Below are positions 26,433-39,870 of a stretch of DNA of 64,000 nt, in pieces; position 1 is the stretch's first letter; every line of letters starts with the position of its first letter. The notes beneath the pieces are model-generated. The model saw only the letters and a program-made list of their open reading frames with translations. It made no database searches and was not told where the DNA came from. A program made the position numbers and the translations under genes. Origin of the DNA: Eledone cirrhosa (Eukaryota); contig OZ024743.1 in NCBI GenBank assembly GCA_964016885.1, positions 160,518,001-160,582,000 on the forward strand, read 5' to 3'.

Positions 26433-28403
26433 AACACAGAGTTTAAGATTTTGGCCAGGGTGTTAGCGAAGAGGTTGGCGCTTGTCGTCGGGGATTTGGT
26501 TGTGGAGGCGCAAACTTGCGCAATCCCAACCAGGTCCATACACGACAACCTCCACCTAATGTGATACATTATAAAGAGGGTGGGGTGTAAACCTGGCTTC
26601 GGTGGGGCTCTGATCAATTTAGATCAATCGAAAGCATTCGATAGGGTCGACCATCGGTACCTGGAAGCTGTCCTCAAGGCGGCTGGCTTCAGCCCCGTTT
26701 CAGAAGCTGGATCGCTGCAATGCACAGCGGCACCTGCTCAGTGGTCAAAATTAATGGCCACCTCTCGGAAGCGTTTCAGGTCTCCCGATCGGTCCGTCAA
26801 GGGTGCCCTCTCTTCTCCTTTCTGTACGTATTGACTCTCGAGCCTTTACTGCGGAAGCTGGAGCTGTTGCAGGGATGTGGAAAGGCTGTGTCGACTTATG
26901 CGGACGACATCACCGTGATGGTGTCGGACACCTCAGAAATCGAGGTAGTCGGCAACTTATTGGAGGAATATGAAAGGTTGACGGGAGCAAAACTTAACCC
27001 GGAAAAGTCAGTGGGCTTGCAACTCGGCACCTGGAGAGGCAAGTTCATGCCGTCCACCAGCGTCGTTAGGCGCTGGAAGGACGGACCGGTAAAGTTGCTC
27101 GGGGTTTGGTTCGGGCCAGACCTCCAGATGGATAAGAATTGGGACGAGGTGACGGGCAGGGCAGCCACTCTCACCCAGAAATGGGCTGGGAGGAAGCTAT
27201 CACTGAAAGGTCGGGCGGAGGTGGCGAACGCGTACATCGCGTCCGTCATCTACTACCGCCTGACTGTCGTCCCTTGCCCCCGTTCGCGCCTCGCCATCTT
27301 GGAGCGGCTCCTCCTCAAATTCTTGTGGAGGGGTCAGGTTCCGCTGGTGAGACGGTTCATCTGCTGCCACCACCCTCTACGTGGAGGGCTGGGCATGCCG
27401 TGGCTAATGATGCGCAGACACGCGCTGAGGCTGTGGCATCTCCAGATATTCTGCCTAAACGGTGAACAGGTGTGATCGCCGTTTGTCAGATGGGCCTTTC
27501 CGCAGATCGTTTCTTTGACTGAGCGGCAGTCCTGGGTCAAGAAGAGACCGAGACTGGGTGACTGGCATCTGGAATGTTGCCAGGCACTCACTGCCCTCTA
27601 CCAGGCGGGCAATACGGTCAGTGAAAGTAAAGTTTTAGATGGACGATTTGTTGTACATACGAATTTTTGTTGGTGAATAATCGATTGAAAAACTAGTTTT
27701 ATTGGATGTTGTTTTTTTTTCTGAAGATAGACCACCGTCTTCGCAGTTAATAAAGTTTTCACGGAACAAGCAAACTCTGTAATCTATGATGCTGTCTACT
27801 CTATTATAAATTATTATCTATTCTATATGTGTGTATGAACATATTTCCTTTGCAGCCGATGGAAATGAGCGTATGGAATTGGTGGGCACCCTTTAGATCG
27901 ATTTTGACCCCCCCCCCCGGCTTTACAAGCTAGTTACACCACTGGTTGTATGGTGGACCAGGTTGAAAGGACTGAAGACAGACACTTTTCTCTTCGGCCA
28001 ATCCCTCATCAACTTTTTCAAGTTTCACTTGGAAAGGAAGGTGAGGGTGAAGAGAGAGGTGCTGCCCCCCAGTACATTTGCTGAAAGGTTGATGAATGTG
28101 GCGAGAATGGCCCGTGTGAGTGGGCCTACTCTGGTCATGCGGCTGTAGGTAGGTAAATTTGAGGAGGAGAGGGGTGCCCTCCCAGGGTGCTCTCGGAGTT
28201 TCGGGTCGTTAAGGATCGGTGGGGTACCTGAGCGAACCCTGGGTGGTCATCCCCCTATTTGGGAATTTTTTCTTGTAATTTTCTTGTTACTTTGTTATTG
28301 TTATTCATATTGTTTACTCGATTTTTCTGTAAAACCCCACTGTCCCAGTCTTTTGTATTGTCCCCTATATGTCGGCCATTGTGGCCAATAAATGAAATCA
28401 TTA
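26433..28403 (+). mobile_element. Tx1/L1-clade LINE RT to 3' end (right arm), interrupted at 27626-27944
   Basis: NTEFKILA, LDQSKAFDRVDH, SVRQGCPL, YADDIT, GGLGMP. The 3' end is nearly identical to the left arm. Confidence 0.9.
27626..27944 (-). mobile_element. Foreign insert ending in a probable DNA transposon terminus
   Basis: The minus strand starts CAGTGGTGTAACTAG...poly-G, resembling CAGTGG-type (hAT-like) TIRs. It replaces about 435 bp of the LINE. Confidence 0.45.
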
Positions 28404-28423
28404 TTAGTAGTAGTAGTAGTATT

Positions 28424-28505
<82 letters not shown>
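28404..28505. repeat. (TAG)n/(CAG)n compound microsatellite
   Basis: Directly visible. Confidence 0.95.
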
Positions 28506-29239
28506 ATTATATTGTCTGTTATCGAATTCGGCTATGGTAGTGTTTATTCTATCTTAAGTTAGATTTAATGTATTTATTTCATTGAAACATGGAAGATGAA
28601 CAATAAACACATTTCTTCCTATTGAGTGAGAAATTTGTATATTGATATTTGTTATTTGCTTGTGTCGTGAAAAAAGATATGTTTTTTCAAAATGGCTACT
28701 GCTTTAGTAGTTATCATTACATTGGCGGTTGCACTCCTTTGGATAGGAGAGACAGCGGAGATGTCCTGGAATAATGAAATGTACGACACCAAATCATTGG
28801 TTCTATTAAGGATTCTAGTCAACTGAACGAAAACAGCCAATGAGATCTTGGGCTAGAAATTAAGAACCTAAGATCAAGCAAAGAATGTAAGGAGAGGACC
28901 TCATTTTCAGAAAGAAGTTCGAGATTTGTTTTGCCATTCGATTCTGTTTTCTCTTGATTTGGCTGTTTAGATTTTTTAGGTTGCTTTCTCTATGGTATTT
29001 ATTAATAGAATTGCTTCTGCTTTTGAGTACAGAAAGACTTCAAGTCAATCCGCTAGAAATAAACATCTCAGAGTTCCTCTCTTCAAACGTTACACTCCAG
29101 CCGCAGGACATTTCCTGATAATATCCGGTATAATCTTGAATTTCTCACATGTAAGAAACTTCTTTAAAATTGCTTACACAAGAACACGCATTGCAACTCT
29201 CTCTCTACTTCGACCACCTCTTCAAAATATTTTGTGAAA

Positions 29240-31240
29240 GCTACAATGTATTATGTTGCTGTGGGTGTCTTTGTTGTGAGTGTGGCGTTTGCAGTTTCAG
29301 TTCTTTGCGTGTGTGTGGGATGTTTGGTTGTTCTATTTTTCTCCTGTGTTTTCCTTTTTGTTTTTTAGCCTCTTTGGCTGTTCCTCGTCTTCGCTACTGG
29401 AAGAGGAGGTGTCTGTGTCTGTAAGTGTGTCTGTGTCTATGTGTATGTTTGTGTTTGTGTCAATGTGTGTATTTTTTGGAGGGGGGGGGGTGAATGTGAG
29501 AGCCTTCCTCGCTTTCCCTTGGGTTGGTTTTGGTGCTGGCTGTGAGTTGGTGGGACTGCAGGTGATGTCGTTGGTGGAGTTTTCCGTCCCAGCACATGCC
29601 TTTGCAGCAACGGAAGCTTACGACCCCCTGCAATTTTTGAGCTGAAGGCAGAAGGCACGCAGATATGTGGTTTCACCGCCAACGAAGCAGTGTGGCCTTC
29701 TGGCATCAGAGATCCATTGTATTGTGGACCCGTCCTGAAGGCAGACATTATCCGGGATGTTATTGAGTTGTTCTGGTTTGATTTGGAGAAGAATCTCCAA
29801 ATCCATCCCGGACAGTTCTCTCTAGCTATTTTTTTTAAAAACATCTATGAGTGTACTGTCGGTACCATCCTCGACCACGCACCCCAGGAGACGCCATAAT
29901 TTCATTCCTGACGGAATCCTGAGCAAACGGACCTTTACAGTCCTTCTGCCCATGTGGAACGGGTACATCACAATGCTGTCCATTCTACGGAGTGTTTAAT
30001 GGCAAGGGCCTCGGTTTTGAACAGCATCGAGATGGTGCCTAACTGTCTTGGCCCTTGTTTTGTACTCTGTCATTTTTTATACATTTCAGTACCGCTTCGA
30101 CTTCCGCGTGGGTGGCGAGTTCCGCTTTGCGGGTCTGCACAGAAATACATCGATAATTCAAAGTGCAGGATGGTTAGGTTACCCCAGGATTAATTTGTCT
30201 CGTTTAATCAACCTCCATGCCTGGGCCAACTGCTGCTTCTTGTCCAAAATGTACACCTAATAAAAAGTTGGTCCTTGCAGCCGCAGCTATGAACGTGTTC
30301 CTGTTCACGTTGCTCTTGTTGTTATTGCCGGCCGTAACCTTTGTTCTATCGACCTCCTTTTTCTTTACATTGTGATTGTTATTGTTATCGTTGTTAGTGT
30401 CGTTGTTGCTGTTGTTATTGGTGCTCTCAATTATTTTGTTGGTGCTCTTGTTGGGATTATTGTTAATGACGATACTGCCTAATGTAGTGTTAGTGTTCGT
30501 AATTGTTGTTGTTGTAGGGGCGGTGTCACTTCGCTCGACGTTTAAGCCGCTGTCACGTGACAGATGACTTAACAGGAGCGGGCGTATTCCATCCATGTTT
30601 TAAGTAGGAAAAATGTTCAAATATGACTGACGGCACTTCCATGATTGTAACGTTTATCTCTAAGAACTGACAACGCTCTCCGATAACACTGCCTGGCTAG
30701 GGACATCTGGAAGTTATCCATTGGCCCTGGACCGAAAGTCCTCCAGAAGAGAATAGCTAGTTGGATTCCGTCGACACCCAGAGTTTCCCCAAAGACGTCG
30801 TCGCTCTTGCCCTCTACTAACCCTCTATAGAACGCCAAGAAGTTGTTTCCACCGAACGCAGTGCCCGATTGGCTGATCACTGTGTGCGCCCGAAGACAGT
30901 CCAGTCTCCAAGAACTTCCTCTCGGTCTTCGCTTGACCCAGAACTGCAACTCCATCAAGGAGACGAAAAACGTGTCTAACAAACGGCGGCCACACCTGTC
31001 CACCGTCGAGGAAGAGGTGGCAATGCCGTAGCCTAAGCGCGCGTCTGCGGATCATCAGCCACGGGATGCCCAGCCTTCGACGTGGCAGATGGACCGTCTG
31101 ACCATCAGAGCACATCCCTTCCACGTAAAGCGAAAGAGTAAACTCTCTAGCGCAGTCAGGTGAGGCTTAGGACAAGGCACGACGGTCAGATGGTAGTTCA
31201 TAACGGACGTGAGGTCCGGACAAATCCAGACCCCTATTAA
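29240..31240 (-). mobile_element. Decayed Tx1/L1-clade fragments: ORF1 at 29240-30600, ORF2 3' part at 30617-31240
   Basis: MDLEILLQIKPE followed by a GHTASL zinc-knuckle remnant, and an N/T-rich N-terminus. The ORF2 piece resembles 25506-26384. Confidence 0.7.
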
Positions 31241-33122
31241 ACACGTCCCTCGATTGTTGTTGAAATTACGATAGAGGACAACAATGTTGCCTCCGCTAGT
31301 CAGCCAAAATTCGCAAAACAGTAGCAGAAACAACAACAACAACAACAGTAGTAAAGTAATGGCAACCCAAATCTCTTTGATCTCCAAGCTACGTATTCTA
31401 TCGAGTAACGTTACTCCAAGGACCTTTCGTAAGAACCCAATTTCGGCCGCTTGTATTCATGTCAGTAGAGTTTAATTCTAGCTATAATTGGCTGCTGTTT
31501 CTTGCAGTTCGACACATATACGTTGGCTGGCATCGTGATTCTATTGATAAAACGAGTACAGATGACCTTTGTTATTTCTAATATTTACACCACCGGAAAC
31601 CATTGATATTCTCTAAAATAGAATCGCAGCTATAGTTTCTAAAATTTATCTTTTATTGTCAAGAGCAATGAAAGAAGTTTAGGCTGATTTAGCTCTTAAC
31701 GGATTAGAATATCAAAATCACATCATAACGTCTGTGGTATGTTTCTGGAGCTCTTCACAATCAGCAGGCCAGCGAACCAAATGTATAATCTTCCAAACAT
31801 GTTTCCTTTGATCTTATGAAGCTAATATTGGATGGAGTTCTATAGAAAAACAATTATACAGAAATAATGATAATGATGAATCTTTACATGGTTTTCTCTG
31901 TTGTTAGACACTTTTAGAAAGTTAATTAATAGCTTTACAAGGTTTTCAATTTAGCTGTATCTTTAAGGAATACAGCATACCACCCGTTGTTTATACCTCT
32001 GAGGTCAAGTAATATAACATGTTCGTTAAAGCATTTTATTATCCTGTTAAATAAATTTTAATCTACATAATTAATCAACCTTAGCTTTCTTGTTTTGTAT
32101 TCTCTACAGTTGTCAAGCTATTTGTTTAGATACTATGGTCATGCGTGTGCTTATTTATAAATGATAGTGTTTGTACAAGGGAAGTAAATGTGGTAACGGG
32201 AGAGGTAAACATGAACACTTGAAGATTAGTGAGAGTATACAGGAAAACACACACATGTACAGCTAATTGTGTATATCTAAATACAGATACATCGAAAAGT
32301 AAGAGCAAACTCACAGATAACAGCTTGCAGCTACACTCTAGTGCAAACATACACATAATCACACACTAGAAGTAAATATATACATATTCACACACGCGAA
32401 CATATGTTAATAGGCAAGAACATGTACGCACACACACAGCCTACTCAAGGCCTGATGTGCACAAAAATGCATGCACCATGTATACGTATATGTAAATCTA
32501 TCGGTATACGTGCATACACAGAAATACGCACGCAAGCGTGTACAAGCAAGTGCTGAACTTTATATGCATACTGTCGACAAAGCACGTAGGCGCAAACTTA
32601 CGAAGCAGACAAATATATGCGTGTGTGTGTTTGTATGTGTTAGTGAATGAGTGAGGGAGTATCGGAAGAAGTGAGGTGCTAGAGGAACTAGGGTAGTGAG
32701 TTGCATAGTAAATAAGAATTGTTCCTGGAGAGATGTTCGGGAGGGAAAATGTAATGGGACACGGGAGAATTGTTTCCGAGTCGAATATCGCGAAGGTGAC
32801 CAGTCTAGGCTTTGCAGAGGGCGATGCACAACGAACATTTGTGGAAGTAGATAAAGTTATGGGAGGTGTAGTTTAAAGGGTCAGAAATACAGATGGTCCG
32901 ACTGTCCCGTGAGTCTTGTGATGTTTGGTGATGAACGGACGATTGTTAAGATGGGTCAGGGAGCAAATGTGGAACATGTGGGATGGGAACAGGAATGTGG
33001 GAGCGGAAAGAGAATGTTGATTGAGAGGCGGTGAGAACTAGGAAAGAAGTAGAGAGTGGTGGGTTCCGACTATATACATATACATATATGCCTATATATA
33101 TATATATATATACATGTGTGTG

Positions 33123-33192
<70 letters not shown>

Positions 33193-33589
33193 AGTATGTG
33201 CCGTACTAAGAGTGAGAAATGAAATTTCGTTTCATTCTATTCCATTTATATATACACGGTTGGGTGTGGATGCATTCATGTATATGGGTGTGTCCGCATG
33301 TATCTGTGTGTTTCTAAATATATTGTTAATAACTCCCTCTGGTTGAGTAATCTTTGAAGTGTGGTGACTGCTGGAAAGCTTCCATTACTCATACTTCTCT
33401 CCCCCTTCACCACCTCTTCTACGGCTTCGATATAAATACCCCCTCCGCCTCCGTGGTATTTTCTTCGGGGTTATAAGAGGCTTAGCTCTGTTTCTCGACC
33501 GTTATATCGCGTGACTATCTCCCCCTCCGCCTTTTGGGATTCTTTCTCACGTCGGGTAGACGCGTTCTTGAGGCTAGTAAAATGAGGTA

Positions 33590-33679
33590 TCCTCTTGATA
33601 AGTCGACTGACCTCGCAGGGACTCTATATCTTTATGATGTATTGTTTTTGTTTATGACACGAAACTACGTGGTCGAGGA
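33590..33679 (+). ncRNA. Type I HHR, U3:A8 variant, stem II partly mutated
   Basis: tcctc TTGATAA gtcgac..tgacac GAAA ctacgtgg TC gagga. Confidence 0.62.
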
Positions 33680-34181
33680 ATCTAGGAGCAGTTTAGGTAT
33701 GATACATTTTATTACTAATTATATCTAAATGTTCTTCTCTCTTCCTAATGTATTTTTAACTCTGATACTGGTTCAGTCTACTTCAACCGGATTGGTCTGT
33801 CCCAGTCATTCATTGAGCAACATCGGTGAGGTTGGCACCCTTAACTCACGGTTGGGTGTGGATGCATTCATGTATATGGGTGTGTCCGCATGTATCTGTG
33901 TGTTTCTAAATATATTGTTAATAACTCCCTCTGGTTGAGTAATCTTTGAAGTGTGGTGACTGCTGGAAAGCTGCCATTACTCATACTTCTCTCCTCCTTC
34001 ACCACCTCTTCTACGGCTTCGATATAAATACCCCCTCCGCCTCCGTGGTATTTTCTTCGGGGTTATAAGAGGCTTAGCTCTGTTTCTCGACCGTTATATC
34101 GCGTGACTATCTCTCCCTCCGCCTTTTGGGATTCTTTCTCACGTCGGGTAGACGCGTTCTTGAGGCTAGTAAAATGAGGTA

Positions 34182-34271
34182 TCCTCTTGATAAGTCGGCT
34201 GACCTCGCAAGGACTCTATATCTTTATGATGTATTGTTTTTGTTTATGCCACGAAACTACGTAGTCGAGGA
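34182..34271 (+). ncRNA. Type I HHR, U3:A8 variant
   Basis: tcctc TTGATAA gtcggc..gccac GAAA ctacgtag TC gagga. Predicted cleavage after C34266. Confidence 0.78.
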
Positions 34272-34340
34272 ATCTAGGAGCAGTTTAGGTATGATACATT
34301 TTATTACTAATTATATCTAAATGTTTCTTCTCTCTTCATA

Positions 34341-34422
<82 letters not shown>

Positions 34423-34559
34423 TTCGGCGGGTAGGAAAAGCGAAACGTAACGCAAATTCAGAGTCATGCTGGCAAGCGCTCCATAGTTTAAAAGACCAGA
34501 GCAATAAACATATGTTATAAACACCATACAAACTGAAAGGATGGTCAAGAAGGCATTAA

Positions 34560-37500
34560 CCACCTAAGCCAAAAAACAAGTCAAGCTAAACAGATCAGCC
34601 AAAATAAATGATAAAGTCATACATATATATACAAGGAAGTTGGTTCTTTCTCTTCTGGTTTCTTTTTTTTACAGATAATTCCCCATCCCCCCTCCTCGTT
34701 ACAATACAATACGTCTCCGATCGTGAGAGGTCGGGGAGTAGAATATCCTTCATAGGTATTGGTGTTGCTTGTGGCGTGGTGGATGGTGGTGGCGTTAATG
34801 CTCCTTCTGCGTGGTTGGAGGTGGTGGTGGTGGTGGTCTTGCTACTGTTGCTGCTACAGTTGCTGCTGCCGTTACTGCTGCCGTTGCTGCTTCTGTTTTT
34901 GCTGGTTGACCATCTCCTGTAGGCAGAAGGTCTTTAGGTGGGTTCCATGACTACAAAAGACGCACCTCGGCTTTCTACCTTCAACGATTACCGTGAGGTG
35001 GCTGCCGTCATCGAGGTCTATCACCTTTGGAATATCCTGGATGTTTTTGTGTTCTGCTTGGATCAGAAGCTCCATTCCAGAACCGGACCAGTTCTCTTGT
35101 TTTATTCTTATTATCTCGATGACTTTTGTGTTGTCCTCGATGTCGGCCAGGACGGCAGCCATCAGCCAGGGAATTTTATTGCCGTCGGAACCTGAGTTAC
35201 CCTCACTCTCACGAGCCTTTGTCTGCAGTCACTTGGGACATGTGTGAGCTCGTCGCTCTTTAGTGCAGCCTATGGCTTCCTGTGGGGTTGCAAAGAACAC
35301 ACTCACGGTTCCATATCTACGCCCACGAATGATGTGGGTTTTCTGAAGCCACACATGTCCCAAAGCCTTTTGGATCTGGGGCTCGGATGCCCACTCTACT
35401 CGGAGTGTTTTCGTGCTAGTTGTACGGTATGATACCGTACATAGCCGCCGCTGTTGCATGGTGTTTGATGGAGGGGTGAGACTAACCCGGTAACCATTTT
35501 TCTTCACCATTCGTCTGGCCTCATTCAGTTGTTCTTAGCTTACCTCAATCGTTTAGTTCTTGTTCGCCGCTTTCGCAAAAGTCAAATTTGGTTTTGCGCT
35601 GGTGTTATTGTTATTCTTATTGTTGCTGTTGTTGCTTTTGTTGTTATTGTTGTTATTGTTATTTTTTGTTTCAGTTGTTGCTGTGGTGGTGATGGTGGTG
35701 TCAGTGGTGTTCGACATAACTGTAAATACACCCATTCTGCTGAGCACTTCTAGGGTTTGGATGGCAGACCATCTAAACCGGGTACCTTGCACCTCGTGCA
35801 GCCTAATAGGGCCTCCCGAATTTCAGCCGATGTTATCAGCCTTTCCCAGCGATCAGCATCGAATGGCGAGAGACGCGTTATGTTGTTGAGGTTGAAAGGC
35901 CTCACAGATCTGCATGGAATCGTTCAGCTTGTGTCCGTCTCGATCTGTCAAAGACCAAATTGTGGATTTGCTTCCACAATGTGCCTCCATTACGCAGGCC
36001 CATCAAACAGCTTTGGTTCCCTAGTTTCTTGGTGTATGGGCCTTAGCTCCGACAATTCAGCCTTCGTGTTTCACTTTGAAGAAATGATCTAATGCCATTA
36101 TCAATTCTATCACGTCAGTTGCAATGCCACTACTAATAGCCTCGTCTAACTTATCTACCAACTCCCCCTCCTTTCTATTTTTCTCTAACGCTACTCGTTG
36201 CCAAAACCTACCGACATTATTCTAATCTCTCTTGAGACTCCACCCCACATAATGTTCACGACGCCCCCTGTAAACTTTTGCTTAACTAAATTGTTGACCC
36301 GGTCCCTGTAAGCCTTACGTGCCGTAAACGTCATGTTCAGCTTCCAGTAACCAGGTCCTAACCTGTGTGTCTTTTACAGGTCGACCATATAGATCACAAA
36401 CTTGTGATCTGAATAGACGACCGTTTAAAAATGTGGACAGACTACACTATTCCTATCGTTTGTCCTAATGAAAAACCTATCTATATACGATCTAGATGAC
36501 TCTATGCGGTTGATCTTGGACAACACTGGCACATTAGCGAAATCTAGTCGGTACCTGTCAGACAGTTGGAACTGGCTGATCAGGTACTTGATACTTTTGC
36601 ACCGCCACCTCATCCCCTCTCCTTTCAGCTACTCTCACACAATCGCAGCGTGCGTCTAACATGCCGTCCCAACATAAAAGTAAAAACCGAGACGTTCCCA
36701 GAAAGGCTTCCAGGCTCCTAAACATATTCGTGCGGCCCGCCCCTGTCGGAGCGTAGAAGGCCAACAATCTAAAGGCACCACCTTCGCTATTGTTCACGTC
36801 CAGGATCACCAACTTGCCATCTGGGTCCAGTAAGATCGTCCTTACCTCGAGATCCAGGCCTTTACCAAACATCACTGCCACCCCACCTCTCATTCCCGGC
36901 CGATTAACAGATGAATAGTTCTGATAGTTATTGAAAAAAGGGCCTAGTGCGCATGTGTCGGAAAATTTGGTCACGCTGACGGCAACTACATCCATATGCT
37001 TCCATGACGACCCCAGGCCGCGGACATTTAAACAACCTATTCTAAAGATGGTAAAGTTGCCTGGTTGAACAAGAGAGAAAGGTTCAGTTACCATCCGGGC
37101 ATCTGTGGAGCTTGTGTGGTTCCACCTCCATGGTTAGTGGGTTTTCCATTCGGAACCCCTTTAAAAGCCCACTCAAGGATTTCACATAAGGGACCCCACG
37201 TCGACAGGAAAATCTAATATTTATGTAAGTTATTCTTGGCATCCACACTATCAGCATTTTGGGGGGCACTTTGAAGCTATAGGTACCAGAAATCTCTCCT
37301 TCTTTCTCAATGTTTTGACTTCGTGTTACCAGGGCCATGAGATTTCTCTCAGCCCTTCTTCATAACACGAAGTTGGCAGTGCTGGTAGTTGTTGGTGTCT
37401 GCCTGTGTTTTCTTCTGTTAGGCATGATTTGTGATTTGTGTTGACGGTTTTGGTGTTGGTGTTGTTGTGGGTTTCTCTGAGTTTGCTGTGGGTGTGTTTT

Positions 37501-37810
37501 GTGTGCTTGTTGGTGTGTGCAGAGAAGATTTTTTCTTTTTGTGTTTTCTTTTTTGTGTCATTTTACTTTTTGTGGTTCCCCCTTATCTTCATTTGGAGAT
37601 GTGGAGGAACTGGTGTCTGGGGAGTCTGTGTCCGAGGGGAGTGTGAGCGTGTTTACGGGCGTGTGAGTATTGTTTTGTTTGTGTGTATGTTTGAAAGAGG
37701 GGGATAGGGAGAGCTTGTTTGGGCGACTCTCTGGGTGGTTTTAATAATCCTTGTTGGTGTTGTTGCTACTGCTGTTGTTCCTTGTGAAGCTGTTTCCTTT
37801 GCTTTTCCTG
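34560..37810 (-). mobile_element. Decayed Tx1/L1-clade LINE pieces from at least two elements
   Basis: ORF1 pieces at 34872-35510 (CVFCSHGTHLKTFC knuckle). APE at 36425-37094 (IGCLNVRGL, FYAPTG, SYIDRFF). More ORF1-like sequence at 37100-37810. Confidence 0.8.
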
Positions 37811-38653
37811 TGAACAATATCGGTGGCGTGGAGAAGGGAGATTGTTTTAAAAAAACATCTTGCCCGGTGTTGTAGCTCGAAGGGGGGGGGGGCTTTCAAG
37901 GTGTAAACCCATGGTTATCCATGACCGAAAGCGGTCTGCATGTAACGACTGCTGTGCCTCAGGTTATAGATTTAATTGATCTGAACTAAGGCTAAAGAAC
38001 AGCAACAAATATTGATTCTTGACCTGGGGCTAAGGAACTGCAACAAATATTGACACTTAAACAAATGATTGAGCCTCTAAGCGTGGACCTGGTTTGCGAC
38101 AAATATCATATCTTATTTAATCCATACACTACCATATTTGAAAAAAAGGATACATTTGATAATGGAAATCTAGAGGCTTTGTACCTGCAAAAATGATGGG
38201 ATGCCAACAGCGAGAATTACTTTAATCGTATATCTACTCGATCGGGACGACGCTCTAACGATACAAGTTTAATTATCCCCAAAGAGCGAGCCAAATGTCC
38301 TTCAATTACACCACAAATAGCAAAAACAGCAATACATTTAACTGAAACAACATTAATCGGACGAGATGCTACACCATTTGTTTTGTGTTTCTTTCCGGGC
38401 TAGAAATATTATGAAGCATTCCTTACTTTTTTACTCAAGTGAATGCAAGCACGAACAGAAAAAAAGAATCAAGCATATTATCTTTTCATTAATCCGAAGG
38501 TTGGATCTCATCATAGCCGTGTTAATAAAAATATTAATCATCTGAAATATACTGGTGTTTAAGTGACTATAGTTAAACCCTGTCCCCCAAAAATTGATTT
38601 CATAATTAGATAAACAAAATAAATGTGTGTGAGCGTGAATGCGTGCATATGAA

Positions 38654-38711
<58 letters not shown>

Positions 38712-38714
<3 letters not shown>

Positions 38715-39257
38715 TATAAAGTAAAGCAAGTCCATAGAATTATTTGATAATATATATACATTGGCCGCGAAGACGCTTCTATGGTATATTTATTTACTGT
38801 TTCTTCATAGGTGCCTTTTAATCTTATAGCCTGGTCTAAATATTTACACATACACCAATTAAACAAAATCACAGATATATATGTGTTTTGGCAACCATTC
38901 ACGATGTGGCTCAATGAAGAATTAATAAATTAAATAATCAGAGCAAAATACTATAAAGTAAAGCAAGTCCATAGAATTATTTGATAATATATATACATCA
39001 TTTCAACTCCCAATTACCATAATTAACCACACAAAAAATCAATTAGACCAGGCTATAAGATTAAAAGGCACCTATGAAGAAACAGTAAATAAATATACCA
39101 TAGCAGCGTCTTCGCAGCCAACCGCTATAAAATATCTATCCAACATTTCAACAGCAGGTGGAAATTAATTAAATATACGGTCAACCATACACAATTAGGT
39201 ATAAAATTAAAGTTAGAAATGCTTATATACATACCTGGATTAAATCACTAAATCCCT
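38712..39257. repeat. Island between (TA)n tracts with a direct and an inverted duplication
   Basis: ~49-bp direct repeat (38712 and 38950) and ~78-bp inverted repeat (38762-38839 / 39043-39120). Confidence 0.75.
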
Positions 39258-39266
39258 ATGTATATA

Positions 39267-39373
<107 letters not shown>

Positions 39374-39396
39374 GTATATATATATATGTATATATG

Positions 39397-39427
<31 letters not shown>

Positions 39428-39453
39428 GTATATTTATTAAAATAACAGATTAA

Positions 39454-39504
39454 AGTTTAAGCAAAGAATCGCTGCTTTCACCCTTAACGGGATCTTCTGA
39501 AACT
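39454..39504 (-). ncRNA. HHR-like motif with CAGAAGA core
   Basis: Reverse complement of 42305-42355. Confidence 0.5.
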
Positions 39505-39870
39505 AACAAAGTCAATCTGTAAACGCAGAACTGCTTATTTCAAAAAACGTTGCAACCGGAGGAAGACAGGAAGACGATACTTTGGTTCGTGGTAACGTTC
39601 GCTGGCAAAGAACGGGATAAAACGAATAATAAGTCATTAATAGGAGCGGTGAAAAACAATTACGCGCAAAGACAAAACCACGCTTATGGTATAAAAGAGG
39701 TCGTAGATTAATGTTCTCTTAGGTGGTGCATAGAGACTCTCTCTGGCAATATACGAAAAAACGAAGATAATAAGTCATATGTGGAGCGTGGGGAACAATA
39801 GCATGCAAAGACAAAACCACGTAAATGGTATAGCAGAAATCGTAGACTAAAATTCTAACTAGGAGACCAA

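Larger units (their letters stand above)
33255..34344 (+). mobile_element. Retrozyme-like tandem repeat, 592-bp unit, about 1.85 copies, 2 HHRs
   Basis: Duplicated pseudo-ORFs at 33534 and 34126 (offset 592). Same family as 19571-20426; ends at TCATAATGT|(AT)n. Confidence 0.87.

Noticed and set aside
28620-29240. YIG-containing stretch as a GIY-YIG remnant or host exon
   Set aside because: Single short motif with many stops and no supporting context.
33534-34320. Duplicated 64-aa ORF in the tandem repeat as a real peptide
   Set aside because: TTG start, overlaps the ribozyme, and its frame is broken by an indel in the 19571 array.
37820-38330. Further SINE or DNA-transposon remnants
   Set aside because: Resembles common octopus repeats but is too decayed to bound or classify by eye.
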